The notes beneath the pieces are model-generated. The model saw only the letters and a list, made by a program, of their open reading frames with translations. It was not told where the DNA came from and did no database searches. Both the position numbers and the translations under genes were made by a program. From the IMG/VR virus record IMGVR_UViG_3300044846_003573: a DNA stretch of 64,000 nucleotides. The stretch is one strand, 5' to 3'. This DNA is from a virus (Duplodnaviria; Caudoviricetes). This document shows, piece after piece, positions 40,050-49,080 of this stretch. Numbering within the stretch: the stretch's first letter is position 1; the number at the start of each line of letters is the position of its first letter.

Positions 40050-40685
40050 ATGAACTTACACGAACACATAAAAAAAGTATTAAGAGAAGAGGTTAACAAG
40101 AAGTATTTGAAACCGAGTGAAAAATCCGAGAAATTTATTTTGGATAGATTGAATAGTATGGCTTCAGGTGCTGAAATATACCACGTTGAAAGTTATAAAA
40201 CAAGACACGATTTTGAGTTTTGTAAAAATGGAAAACAAATAATGAATCTCGCATTGTTCTTTGAAGAAACTGACGATAACACCCCAACGTCTGAAAGGAA
40301 ATTTGACTCTTCAACATTATCAGTACAAGAAGATTTTGTTGGTGGATTATTAGGGGCTTTTCCTGTTAGAAGAAATTATCTTTATTATATAATTGAAGAA
40401 TGGTTTGAAGATACTTTTTTAAGTAAAATCTCAAATATGATGGGTAGAAATGATATATCTGTTGAAGAATTATCATTTAATGATAGGTCATATACGTGTG
40501 TTCCACCAATTAATGAAGTACCTGAAGGAGTTACTCAAGACGAGATGATTAAGGTTATTATGAACAATACATTATGGCGTAAAAAAGATTTATTGGCGTT
40601 AGAAGAAAGAGAGCCTGGGTCTTTAGAATGGATGTATTTGAATAAACTTCGTAATAATGAGGTTAATAGATTAGATAATAGATAA
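40050..40685 (+). CDS. MNLQE..LREE-tag family protein
   Basis: MNLHEHIKKVLREE. Confidence 0.75.
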   Translation: MNLHEHIKKVLREEVNKKYLKPSEKSEKFILDRLNSMASGAEIYHVESYKTRHDFEFCKNGKQIMNLALFFEETDDNTPTSERKFDSSTLSVQEDFVGGLLGAFPVRRNYLYYIIEEWFEDTFLSKISNMMGRNDISVEELSFNDRSYTCVPPINEVPEGVTQDEMIKVIMNNTLWRKKDLLALEEREPGSLEWMYLNKLRNNEVNRLDNR

Positions 40686-40686
40686 T

Positions 40687-40968
40687 ATGAACCTACAGGA
40701 ACAAATAAGAATAGTATTAAGGGAAGTAGTTAATGAATCCAAAGGTTGGAGTGATTCAAAGCAAAAATTAGAAAGAACTTTTAAATTCAAAGATTTTAAT
40801 GAATCAATGGGATTTGTTAATAAAGTTGCGAAGATTGCCGAATCACAAAATCATCATCCCGATATTAAAATAAATTACAACAAAGTAAAATTATCAATAA
40901 CTGACCACGAAAAGGGTGGGGTATCTGAAAAATGTCATAAATTGGTAAAGGCTATTGATAAACTCTAA
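40687..40968 (+). CDS. phhB: pterin-4-alpha-carbinolamine dehydratase fused to MNLQE tag
   Basis: LERTFKFKDF..FVNKVA.IAE..NHHPDI..YNKV..L..H..GG.S. Confidence 0.88.
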   Translation: MNLQEQIRIVLREVVNESKGWSDSKQKLERTFKFKDFNESMGFVNKVAKIAESQNHHPDIKINYNKVKLSITDHEKGGVSEKCHKLVKAIDKL

Positions 40969-40972
40969 CAAT

Positions 40973-41455
40973 ATGAACCTACAAGAGAACATACAAAGGA
41001 TTAGAGAAATGATGGACATGCCTGATATGAATATATTAGATAAACCATTACAAATATGTAGTAAAAACCCAATGACAGGATATTACAGGGATGGGTATTG
41101 TAAGACGGATAGTTCAGATAAAGGAACACACACCGTTTGTAGTGAAGTAGATGATGAATTTCTTGAGTTTACAATGTCAAAAGGAAATGATTTATCTATG
41201 TTAAAAAGTGGGGACAGATGGTGTTTATGTGCAAATAGATGGAAAGAAGCGTATGATGCGGGTAAAGCACCAAAAGTAATTAAAAATGCGACAAACAAAA
41301 AAACATTAGATGTTATTGGTGATGATATTAAAGATGAAGAACTAACAGAATACGCAAGAACATTAAAAAACGCAAGACAACAGGGGGTTGGGTTAAGATT
41401 TCCGAAGTCAGCAATAAAAGCAAATCCAGCAAGGTTTAGACCTTACAACAGGTAA
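40973..41455 (+). CDS. DUF2237 protein fused to MNLQE tag
   Basis: CS.NPMTGYYRDGYC, HTVC, GNDLS, GDRWCLCA.RW. Confidence 0.85.
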   Translation: MNLQENIQRIREMMDMPDMNILDKPLQICSKNPMTGYYRDGYCKTDSSDKGTHTVCSEVDDEFLEFTMSKGNDLSMLKSGDRWCLCANRWKEAYDAGKAPKVIKNATNKKTLDVIGDDIKDEELTEYARTLKNARQQGVGLRFPKSAIKANPARFRPYNR

Positions 41456-41456
41456 T

Positions 41457-41939
41457 ATGAAAAAAATAATAAGACTAACAGAATCACAACTTATTTCATT
41501 AGTTAAAAGAGTGATTAATGAAAGTGACCCGAAAGATGGGACTGGTAAAAAACCAAAAGGGTCTGACAGAAGATTATATACTGATGAAAACCCAAAGGAT
41601 ACTGTATCGGTTAAGTTCAGAACAAAAGAAGACATTGTTGATACTTTAAACAAAGAAAGTTTCAAATCTAAATCACACGCTCGTCAGTCTCAGATTATAA
41701 ATCTTATACATCAGAGATTACGAGTTGCTTTGGAAAGAGCAAAAGACCCTGAGGTTAAGAAAAGATTAAGAACTGCCTTTGAATATATTGAGTCCAAAAA
41801 AGAACAATCTAAAAAGAAAACTCAGGAGATGAAAGAAAGTGAATTAACTGAAAGATGTTGGAAAGGATATACTCAAAAAGGAATGAAAACTATGTTTGGT
41901 AAGAGATACCCTAACTGTGTTAAAAATACAAAGAAATGA
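41457..41939 (+). CDS. LTESDL-tag protein with C-terminal CWKGY..GMK..PNCV motif
   Basis: tag plus a motif recalled from myophage proteins. Confidence 0.7.
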   Translation: MKKIIRLTESQLISLVKRVINESDPKDGTGKKPKGSDRRLYTDENPKDTVSVKFRTKEDIVDTLNKESFKSKSHARQSQIINLIHQRLRVALERAKDPEVKKRLRTAFEYIESKKEQSKKKTQEMKESELTERCWKGYTQKGMKTMFGKRYPNCVKNTKK

Positions 41940-42367
41940 ACCTACAAGAAACAATAAGACGAATATTAAGGGAAGAACTATATTCTCCATCAGGAGATGA
42001 AATGACACCTAATAAGTTTGTGGTCCATAAATCAAATCCGGTATGGAGAAAGAATATACGACTTAATGGGTTGTTGACATCGGTAGGGGAATGTTATGAG
42101 AATCACGCAATGGATTTATATGGTGAATGGTATACGGAATGTCAACCAGCAATTTTTGCCACAGATTCATTGGATAAAGAAGATATGTTTAGTGATGGTT
42201 ATGATGATGACACATGGTTAATAGATACAGAATGTGCTGGGGTTACTTGGTATAGAGATGCACATTTCGAAGGTGGAGATTATGAACATCATATTGTGAC
42301 ATTTGAGAATATATCATCTAACTGTATAAAATTAATCAATAAAGGAACAGGTAAAAGTATTTGGTAA
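41936..42367 (+). CDS. MNLQE-tag protein, possible ADP-ribosyltransferase-like fold
   Basis: VHKS..I..NGL and AIFAT pattern. Confidence 0.45.
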   Translation: MNLQETIRRILREELYSPSGDEMTPNKFVVHKSNPVWRKNIRLNGLLTSVGECYENHAMDLYGEWYTECQPAIFATDSLDKEDMFSDGYDDDTWLIDTECAGVTWYRDAHFEGGDYEHHIVTFENISSNCIKLINKGTGKSIW

Positions 42368-42368
42368 G

Positions 42369-42989
42369 ATGAACCTACAGGAACACATAAGAAGAGTATT
42401 AAGGGAAGATAAAAAGAGTAAATTCATTATGGATATTGTTGATAAACATGGTGTTTATAAGACGGCAGAAATGATGGGTGTAACTATTACCTATTTATAC
42501 AAAATGTCTGATTTAAAAATTGATGAATTTGTTGCTAAAGAACTATTGGCTGAAAATATTGAAAATGGTAATTTACCTGCAAAATATAAAGGATTTGAAA
42601 TTGAAATAAGTAGTGATGATGTGTTTTATTGGGCAAGGCAGTTTAAATCGGGACACTATCCACCTAATGTATTAGAAAAAATATGGGTAATGGCAACACC
42701 TTTTTTCGCAACTGCTGATTATACACCCGTTGAACTTGATTGGTATGGATTAGAAGATGACTCAAAGAAACCTAATGTAGGAATATACGATACAAGTGGT
42801 GATGGTGATTATTTTGTGGAACTTACACATAATACACATAATGGTAATTATTTTTTTAATAGTGTTGATAATTTATTTGATTGGTATAATACGTTTTACT
42901 TACCAGAAGTGTATGAAATAATCTTGGATAGATTCATACCTGAAGTCCAAGAAGACACAGATGAAAGACTTAGAGATAAAAATACTTAA
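42369..42989 (+). CDS. MNLQE..LREE-tag family protein
   Basis: MNLQEHIRRVLRED. Confidence 0.75.
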   Translation: MNLQEHIRRVLREDKKSKFIMDIVDKHGVYKTAEMMGVTITYLYKMSDLKIDEFVAKELLAENIENGNLPAKYKGFEIEISSDDVFYWARQFKSGHYPPNVLEKIWVMATPFFATADYTPVELDWYGLEDDSKKPNVGIYDTSGDGDYFVELTHNTHNGNYFFNSVDNLFDWYNTFYLPEVYEIILDRFIPEVQEDTDERLRDKNT

Positions 42990-43026
42990 GATACGGACTT
43001 AGGACCGTTGTAGTTTAGGCTACATT

Positions 43027-43059
43027 AACCCCATTGAATTCGCTACTCAGTGGGGTTTT
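43027..43059. terminator. bidirectional terminator overlapping the end of the array-gene operon
   Basis: AACCCCATTGA..TCAGTGGGGTTTT. Confidence 0.7.
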
Positions 43060-43777
43060 CATTTAAGACATCTTCCACCACTGGTGAATTACATGTACGT
43101 GATGTGTGTGTTGTAGTTACCTTATGATTTAGGACTTCTTTCACCTCACTGAGAACAATAGTGGGTCTACAATAGGTTTTAGACACCTTATGATTTAATA
43201 CCTTCTCCACCATATTCGGAAACGGCGGTGTATTGAATGATATTGTAGACACCTTATGATTTAATGCCTTTTCCACCAAAACCACTTGTTCCGCATTCGT
43301 CGTTTGTGTTGTAGATACCTTATGATTTAATACATCTTCCACCAAGAAACCTTCGTTACCGATATCGTTTTGCGTTGTGAATACCTTATAATTTAATACC
43401 TCTTCCATCTTCACATTTGCCTTCATGCCCATATAAACAGTTGTAGATACCTTATGATTTAATACCTCTTCCACCTCATCATACTTTTTCTCCGCACACA
43501 ATTCAGTTGTGGGCACCTTATGATTTAATACCTCTTCCACCCAAGAAGCGAGTATTGGTTCAAAATCTTTGGGTTCCAATGAGAAAATGGTAAAAAAACT
43601 ATTAAAGAAATAATATCTCCACCACAAACGACCACTCTTTTCAAATTCAAAATACCAATGCTCCTTTTCTCGGTCAATTAACCATATAGAATCTTTATAT
43701 GGGATTATCTCCACATTACCTAATTCTTTGTATAGTTGTTTGAATACAACCTGTTTTAATCTATCAGTTACTTTCAT
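43043..43777 (-). CDS. array gene A: about 80-aa domain plus in-frame repeat-spacer array (7 spacers)
   Basis: VEEVLNHKVSTT + 10 variable aa, period 22 aa. Confidence 0.85.
   Translation of the reverse strand: MKVTDRLKQVVFKQLYKELGNVEIIPYKDSIWLIDREKEHWYFEFEKSGRLWWRYYFFNSFFTIFSLEPKDFEPILASWVEEVLNHKVPTTELCAEKKYDEVEEVLNHKVSTTVYMGMKANVKMEEVLNYKVFTTQNDIGNEGFLVEDVLNHKVSTTQTTNAEQVVLVEKALNHKVSTISFNTPPFPNMVEKVLNHKVSKTYCRPTIVLSEVKEVLNHKVTTTHTSRTCNSPVVEDVLNENPTE
43044..43541 (-). repeat. CRISPR-like 36-nt repeat / 30-nt spacer array A
   Basis: repeats start at 43506, 43440, 43374, 43308, 43242, 43176, 43110 (period 66) plus a truncated terminal copy. Confidence 0.9.
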
Positions 43778-44507
43778 TTTCTTTTTTGTTGTTTAATGCC
43801 TCATCTACCGATTCCGCTCTTCTTGAGATGAATTCTTCCGTTTTGGATACCTTACGATTCAATATATCTTCCACCAAAAAGTTTCCTTCACCTACGTCAC
43901 GGACTGTTTTGGATACCTTAATATCCAATACCTCTTCCATCTCAAGATTACCTCTTGGGTGGAGATACTCCGTTGTAGATACCTTACGATTCAATACCTG
44001 TTCCACCAAATAGTTGTTAGATAAGGTCATGTTTTTTGTTGTGGATACCTTACTATTCAATACCTCTTCCATCATATCATTCGAAGTGAAACTGAATTGC
44101 TGAGTTGTGGATACCTTACTATTCAATACCTCTTCCACCCCTTGCTTAAAACTTCTGAAACGGCTTGCAGTTGTGGATACCTTACTATTCAATACCTCTT
44201 CCACCCCACCATCCATGACATATTGCGTGCTATCTGTTGTGGATACCTTACTATTCAATACCTCTTCCACCCAAGATGAAATAATTGGTTCAAAATCTTT
44301 GGACTCCAAAGAGAAAAAAGAAAAGAAAGATTTGAAATAATCATATCTCCAATATAAACATCCACTTTCAGTTAGTTGGAAATACCAGTATTTTTCTTCT
44401 CTATCAATAAACCAATAACTGTATTGGGTAGGGATAATTTCCACATTACCTAATTCTTTGTATAGTTGTTTGAATATGAGTTGTTTTAATCTATCCGTTA
44501 CTTTCAT
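43764..44507 (-). CDS. array gene B (7 spacers)
   Basis: VEEVLNSKVSTT repeats; start overlaps stop of gene C. Confidence 0.85.
   Translation of the reverse strand: MKVTDRLKQLIFKQLYKELGNVEIIPTQYSYWFIDREEKYWYFQLTESGCLYWRYDYFKSFFSFFSLESKDFEPIISSWVEEVLNSKVSTTDSTQYVMDGGVEEVLNSKVSTTASRFRSFKQGVEEVLNSKVSTTQQFSFTSNDMMEEVLNSKVSTTKNMTLSNNYLVEQVLNRKVSTTEYLHPRGNLEMEEVLDIKVSKTVRDVGEGNFLVEDILNRKVSKTEEFISRRAESVDEALNNKKENESN
43774..44271 (-). repeat. CRISPR-like array B
   Basis: repeats at 44236, 44170, 44104, 44038, 43972, 43906, 43840; the first three are identical GTTGTGGATACCTTACTATTCAATACCTCTTCCACC. Confidence 0.9.
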
Positions 44508-45195
44508 TTTCTTTTTTATTGTTTAATGCCTTTTTCACCCAAACACTATTTAATACTTCTTCCACTGACCTTTCGGAAAACAAGGAATTATTTTTAGTTG
44601 TAGATACCCTACTATCTAATACTTTTTTTACCTTTCTTTTTTGGGCGGCGTCTACTTCAAAAGTTTCGGATACCTTATGATTTAAGACCTCTTCCACCCA
44701 CTTTGCTGTTACAGTAGTTTTCTCTTCAGTTGTGGATACCTTATGATTTAATACCTCTTCCACCAGAGGAAATTCGTCAATTACAAACATTTTTGTTGTG
44801 GATACCTTATGATTTAAGACCTCTTCCACCTGAAGTAAGCGGTGGGCCAATGTATTACCTGTTGTGGATACCTTATGATTTAATACCTCTTCCACCTTAT
44901 TGTCTCGGCGTACGGAAGGTATACGAGTTGTGGATACCTTATGATTTAAGACCTCTTCCACCCAAGAAGATATTATTGGTTCAAACTCACTCTGTTCCAA
45001 AGAGAAAATGCTGAAAAACGATGGGAAGAATGAGTATCTCCAAAATAAACATCCCTCTTTAGACAACTGAAAATACCAATAACAATTTTCCCTATCAATG
45101 AACCATACAGAGTCTTTATATGGGATTATCTCCGCATTACCTAACTCTTTGTATAGGTGTTTGAATATGAGTTGTTTTAGCTTATCTGTAACCAT
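44491..45195 (-). CDS. array gene C (6 spacers)
   Basis: ATG at 45195, 5 nt after TATCTTTG. Confidence 0.85.
   Translation of the reverse strand: MVTDKLKQLIFKHLYKELGNAEIIPYKDSVWFIDRENCYWYFQLSKEGCLFWRYSFFPSFFSIFSLEQSEFEPIISSWVEEVLNHKVSTTRIPSVRRDNKVEEVLNHKVSTTGNTLAHRLLQVEEVLNHKVSTTKMFVIDEFPLVEEVLNHKVSTTEEKTTVTAKWVEEVLNHKVSETFEVDAAQKRKVKKVLDSRVSTTKNNSLFSERSVEEVLNSVWVKKALNNKKENESNG
44531..44962 (-). repeat. CRISPR-like array C
   Basis: repeats at 44927, 44861, 44795, 44729, 44663, 44597. Confidence 0.9.
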
Positions 45196-45231
45196 AAGCA
45201 CAAAGATACAAAAAAACTTTGAAAATACAAA

Positions 45232-45570
45232 TTAATTTTCAGACGGTAATTTTAACGACCATTGGGAGCTCATTATCTTGTTGGACATTTGACCCTCCAA
45301 ATTCAGTTTTTTCTTAACCCATTGTCCAATAATTCTGGTAGATTGATAACTGTTAAGAGAAAAGAAGGAAGAAATTGCTTCAATTAAACCTTTATAGATA
45401 AAACACAATTCATTATTGGAATGATTACCACCATATTGAATTTGAGCAGACTCATCTTTAGGATATGAAAAATATATACTGGCACCAGTTTTAGTTATAT
45501 TGAAATCCTGACTATCAAGATACCTGAATATTACTTTATCTAATTGTGATTCTGTGATTAAATATTTCAT
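45232..45570 (-). CDS. MKYxITESQL-tag protein (IFRYLD domain)
   Basis: shared tag and domain. Confidence 0.8.
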   Translation of the reverse strand: MKYLITESQLDKVIFRYLDSQDFNITKTGASIYFSYPKDESAQIQYGGNHSNNELCFIYKGLIEAISSFFSLNSYQSTRIIGQWVKKKLNLEGQMSNKIMSSQWSLKLPSEN

Positions 45571-45938
45571 GATAATGTTATACTTCTAACTGATTTAACT
45601 TCATAGTCAGGAAAGAACTCATTAAATACATCTGACATAATGAATTTGCCGTGAACTAACCAAATAGGATGAGGAAACGCTGTACCATATACATCGTCAA
45701 AGTTCCTATTATAGTATAAATCACCACTTGGTTTATTATAAACCATTACGGCGTTTTGGTCACTATCAAATAAGTTAAGTCTTAAATCATTTTCAGAATG
45801 TGAATCAACCAAATTTTCAAAATAACGAATCATTTTAGGTTTGAGTCTATTGTATTGTTCCGTATATTCAGAATCTCTCCAAGTTCTTTCAAGTTCGGAT
45901 ATTAAATTATATTGTGACTCGGTAATAATATACTTCAT
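45567..45938 (-). CDS. MKYxITESQ-tag protein
   Basis: shared tag. Confidence 0.75.
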   Translation of the reverse strand: MKYIITESQYNLISELERTWRDSEYTEQYNRLKPKMIRYFENLVDSHSENDLRLNLFDSDQNAVMVYNKPSGDLYYNRNFDDVYGTAFPHPIWLVHGKFIMSDVFNEFFPDYEVKSVRSITLS

Positions 45939-45970
45939 GTAATAATAAATATAATTATATTTATAATATT

Positions 45971-46294
45971 ATGAACCTACAAGAGAATATAAAAAAAGTA
46001 TTAAGGGAAGAAACAGATTTTTCACCACAGTTCAAAAGAAGACTGAATAGATTTAAATCGTTTGTATGGGATAATAATGTAACTAATTATCCATGTGATT
46101 TTGAAAACTTTGAAGCGTTCATGCGTGGTATACAACATGAAATTATGGACATGATTACAGATGGTTCTGATACCGATGGCCCGTTGTCTGATTGGTTAAC
46201 ATATAAAGATGGTGTTACGTATGTAGAAAACTACATGAGGGATGACTTAGAAAAGTTTTATAATAAGCAATGTGTTGATGTCTTATACGTATAA
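45971..46294 (+). CDS. MNLQE..LREE-tag protein
   Basis: shared tag; TATTTAT upstream. Confidence 0.75.
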   Translation: MNLQENIKKVLREETDFSPQFKRRLNRFKSFVWDNNVTNYPCDFENFEAFMRGIQHEIMDMITDGSDTDGPLSDWLTYKDGVTYVENYMRDDLEKFYNKQCVDVLYV

Positions 46295-46639
46295 ATCAAG
46301 AAATTGTTCAATTGATATTCCAAGACCTGAGATACCAAAAAAGTTCATAAAGTCGGATTCATCCCAAGTATCACATCCGTTATTAATAATCCAAGATTGA
46401 CCTGTGGCATAATTCATCTGATAAAGTAAATCATAACTATTATCTAATTTTATCAGATACATCGGACCATAATTGTCCATATTAAATCTTCTTTGCATAC
46501 TATTATAACTAATACACTCATCAAAAATTATCATTACATCAGTTAAATCTGGGTCAAACTCAACACGACCTGTCAGGTCAATATTAAACTTGTCTTTAAT
46601 GAATGTTTTTAATTTAGATTCGGTGATAAGATATTTCAT
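46283..46639 (-). CDS. MKYxITES-tag protein
   Basis: shared tag. Confidence 0.75.
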   Translation of the reverse strand: MKYLITESKLKTFIKDKFNIDLTGRVEFDPDLTDVMIIFDECISYNSMQRRFNMDNYGPMYLIKLDNSYDLLYQMNYATGQSWIINNGCDTWDESDFMNFFGISGLGISIEQFLDLYV

Positions 46640-46655
46640 TATATATAAATATTAG

Positions 46656-47066
46656 TTAACAATTTCCTGTATTATAAACCTCAATATTGTGAACACTAAT
46701 TAGACCGCCACCGAACTGATATAAAGCCTTAGAAATAACATCTCTATACATACTTCTTGTACCTTCCTCATAGATATACCTTCCCACATTTGCAGGAGCT
46801 GGCTTAGGTATGTAGACGACCAAATTCATAGAGTCACGAGTGGGGATGATATTATAACTACAATACATCAAGACGGTTGAGATATCATTTTCAAGTATAG
46901 TTTTTGTTAGAAAGATAATATCTTCTCTTGTTCCTTTAAGACCAATCTCATCAATAATATCTTCAGGTTCCTTATCAGTCATTTTACACAGAGTACGCAT
47001 ACCAAATTTCTCTAATAAGGGTTTAAGAGTTTTGTTATATTGATTCTCAGTGATTAAGTATTTCAT
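46656..47066 (-). CDS. MKYxITEN-tag protein
   Basis: shared tag. Confidence 0.75.
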   Translation of the reverse strand: MKYLITENQYNKTLKPLLEKFGMRTLCKMTDKEPEDIIDEIGLKGTREDIIFLTKTILENDISTVLMYCSYNIIPTRDSMNLVVYIPKPAPANVGRYIYEEGTRSMYRDVISKALYQFGGGLISVHNIEVYNTGNC

Positions 47067-47078
47067 TATATGTAAATA

Positions 47079-47411
47079 TTAGTTATAGTGAACCTTCAAA
47101 ACTTCGGACTTGCTAAAGACAACCCATTGTGAGTAACTGACTTCCATTTGTAGGGTATTTCCAACCCAATTACCAATAATCTTTTTAGAGCGGACTTCAT
47201 CTAAAGAAAATAATACAGAGATGTCCTCAATTAAATTTAAGTTTATCTGACAAACACCATTTTTTTTATTATATCTAATTTGGGCATGTTCATCTTCTTC
47301 TGAATTAACAAAGAATATATTACTACTTGTTTCAATCTGAATAAAGTTCTGGCTATCCAAATATCTAAAGATTACTCTGTCTAATTGTGATTCGGTGATA
47401 AGGTATTTCAT
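47079..47411 (-). CDS. MKYxITESQL-tag protein (IFRYLD domain)
   Basis: shared tag and domain. Confidence 0.8.
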   Translation of the reverse strand: MKYLITESQLDRVIFRYLDSQNFIQIETSSNIFFVNSEEDEHAQIRYNKKNGVCQINLNLIEDISVLFSLDEVRSKKIIGNWVGNTLQMEVSYSQWVVFSKSEVLKVHYN

Positions 47412-47414
47412 ATA

Positions 47415-47735
47415 TTAATAATCAAAAAACATAACATCAACATCAAATGCTTTACTAAACCAATCAGAAATGAATTTACCTGATTGCTCTTTATCAAGTG
47501 GATACATGGATGAAAACTTATCTAAAAAAGATTCATCAATATATAATCTACCATCGCTGTGGTCAAACTCCATTAAAATAAAAAAATCAGGGCCTCTTTC
47601 AGGGCTATATATATTAATGAAATCACTATCTGATGTTCTATCATAATCTAATAATTTATTTAACTCAGATATCATTAAATTATTTATTACCGATTTGACT
47701 TTATCTAATTGTGATTCGGTGATGAGGTATTTCAT
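47415..47735 (-). CDS. MKYxITESQL-tag protein
   Basis: start moved to MKYLITE. Confidence 0.75.
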   Translation of the reverse strand: MKYLITESQLDKVKSVINNLMISELNKLLDYDRTSDSDFINIYSPERGPDFFILMEFDHSDGRLYIDESFLDKFSSMYPLDKEQSGKFISDWFSKAFDVDVMFFDY

Positions 47736-47768
47736 ATAAAATATAAATATAATCATATTTATAATAAT

Positions 47769-48098
47769 ATGAACTTAAAAGAATCTATAAAAAGAATACT
47801 GAGGGAAGAACTATCGGCGAGAATTAAAAGAAGACTTTCTAATGATGAAATGGAAAATGAGTTTCTTGAATCTTTTGAAGGCGCTTATCGTCTTACAAAA
47901 GACAGAAAGGTTTTAAGTTCACATTTTTTAGATGAGTTAGTCTACACAACAATAACCTTTATGATGGATGGGGTACATTGGAGATTTGTTAGTACATTAC
48001 CTGAAGATGAATTTTGGTATGATGATATACACCAAGGATTAGAAAATCATTATAGAAAAAGAATTACACGGATGTATAATGAAAGAAAAGGTTTTTAA
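47769..48098 (+). CDS. MNLxE..LREE-tag protein
   Basis: MNLKESIKRILREE. Confidence 0.75.
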   Translation: MNLKESIKRILREELSARIKRRLSNDEMENEFLESFEGAYRLTKDRKVLSSHFLDELVYTTITFMMDGVHWRFVSTLPEDEFWYDDIHQGLENHYRKRITRMYNERKGF

Positions 48099-48101
48099 AG
48101 A

Positions 48102-48380
48102 TTAATTAGAGTTTAAGAATTTGAGTAACGCTCTAATATATTCGGAACGTTTATTATAGAATTCAGTATCATCATCATATTGAAAAAACTCTTCACCTCT
48201 ATGTCTATCAACGAACTTTTCAATTAATTCATAAGCGTAGTCATCTCTGTCGGCGGAATCTTCAAAATCTTCTTCATCCATAATGTAGTTATAATCATCC
48301 CTAAGTGATTCCAATTCATCCATTGTAAACCTCCTAAGTAAAAATGCTTCTAACTGTGATTCTGTAATTAAGTATTTCAT
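48102..48380 (-). CDS. MKYxITESQL-tag protein
   Basis: shared tag; acidic body. Confidence 0.75.
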   Translation of the reverse strand: MKYLITESQLEAFLLRRFTMDELESLRDDYNYIMDEEDFEDSADRDDYAYELIEKFVDRHRGEEFFQYDDDTEFYNKRSEYIRALLKFLNSN

Positions 48381-48733
48381 TATTCGTTAACCATTAATCT
48401 GTAATCATATGGACCATCCCAAACCGTACTATCACTAATACCCAAAGTATTATTAACCCATGCTTTGATTATATCCAAACAATCCGATTTATCAATGGAG
48501 AAGAAGGTAGATAATTTATCAGTCAAATCAGAATTTACAAACACCCAATTCCTAACTTCACCAAAAGCGTTATTAGTATAAACACTAATCTGTGATTCCC
48601 TATCTGACTCACTGTTTAAGAAATATATATAATTGCTGAATTTCTTCTTGTTGTCATACATCACAAAGTCCTGAATATCAAGATACTTAAAGATTACTTT
48701 CTCTAATTTTGATTCGGTGATAAGGTATTTCAT
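48380..48733 (-). CDS. MKYxITES-tag protein (IFKYLD domain)
   Basis: shared tag and domain. Confidence 0.8.
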   Translation of the reverse strand: MKYLITESKLEKVIFKYLDIQDFVMYDNKKKFSNYIYFLNSESDRESQISVYTNNAFGEVRNWVFVNSDLTDKLSTFFSIDKSDCLDIIKAWVNNTLGISDSTVWDGPYDYRLMVNE

Positions 48734-49068
48734 TATATATAAATATTCTTAGGTATTTTCAACCAAGACTGGGTCATCAAACCAGCCTTGGTGGTATTTG
48801 TAACTTTCATTTGTAGGGTATTCCCAACCCACCTACCAATAGCCGATTCAGAATCAGATTTGTCCAAAGAAAATAACGATGAGATGTTCTTGATTAATTC
48901 GGGACTTATTACGCAACCAAAATTACCATTTTTGATTTGAGCATATTCATCATCTTCAGAGTTAACGAAGTATACTAAAAGACCTATTTTAATTTGAATA
49001 AAATCTTGATGGTTCAAGTAAATAAAGATTGCTCTATCTAATTGTGATTCGGTGATAAGGTATTTCAT
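48733..49068 (-). CDS. MKYxITESQL-tag protein (IFxYL domain)
   Basis: shared tag and domain. Confidence 0.8.
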   Translation of the reverse strand: MKYLITESQLDRAIFIYLNHQDFIQIKIGLLVYFVNSEDDEYAQIKNGNFGCVISPELIKNISSLFSLDKSDSESAIGRWVGNTLQMKVTNTTKAGLMTQSWLKIPKNIYI

Positions 49069-49080
49069 TATATATAAGTA

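Noticed and set aside
43344-43905. Two spacers (QNDIGNEGFL, VRDVGEGNFL) as identical acquisitions
   Set aside because: Only 13 of 30 nt match; at most a distant shared ancestor, noted as mild support for the gradual-divergence alternative.
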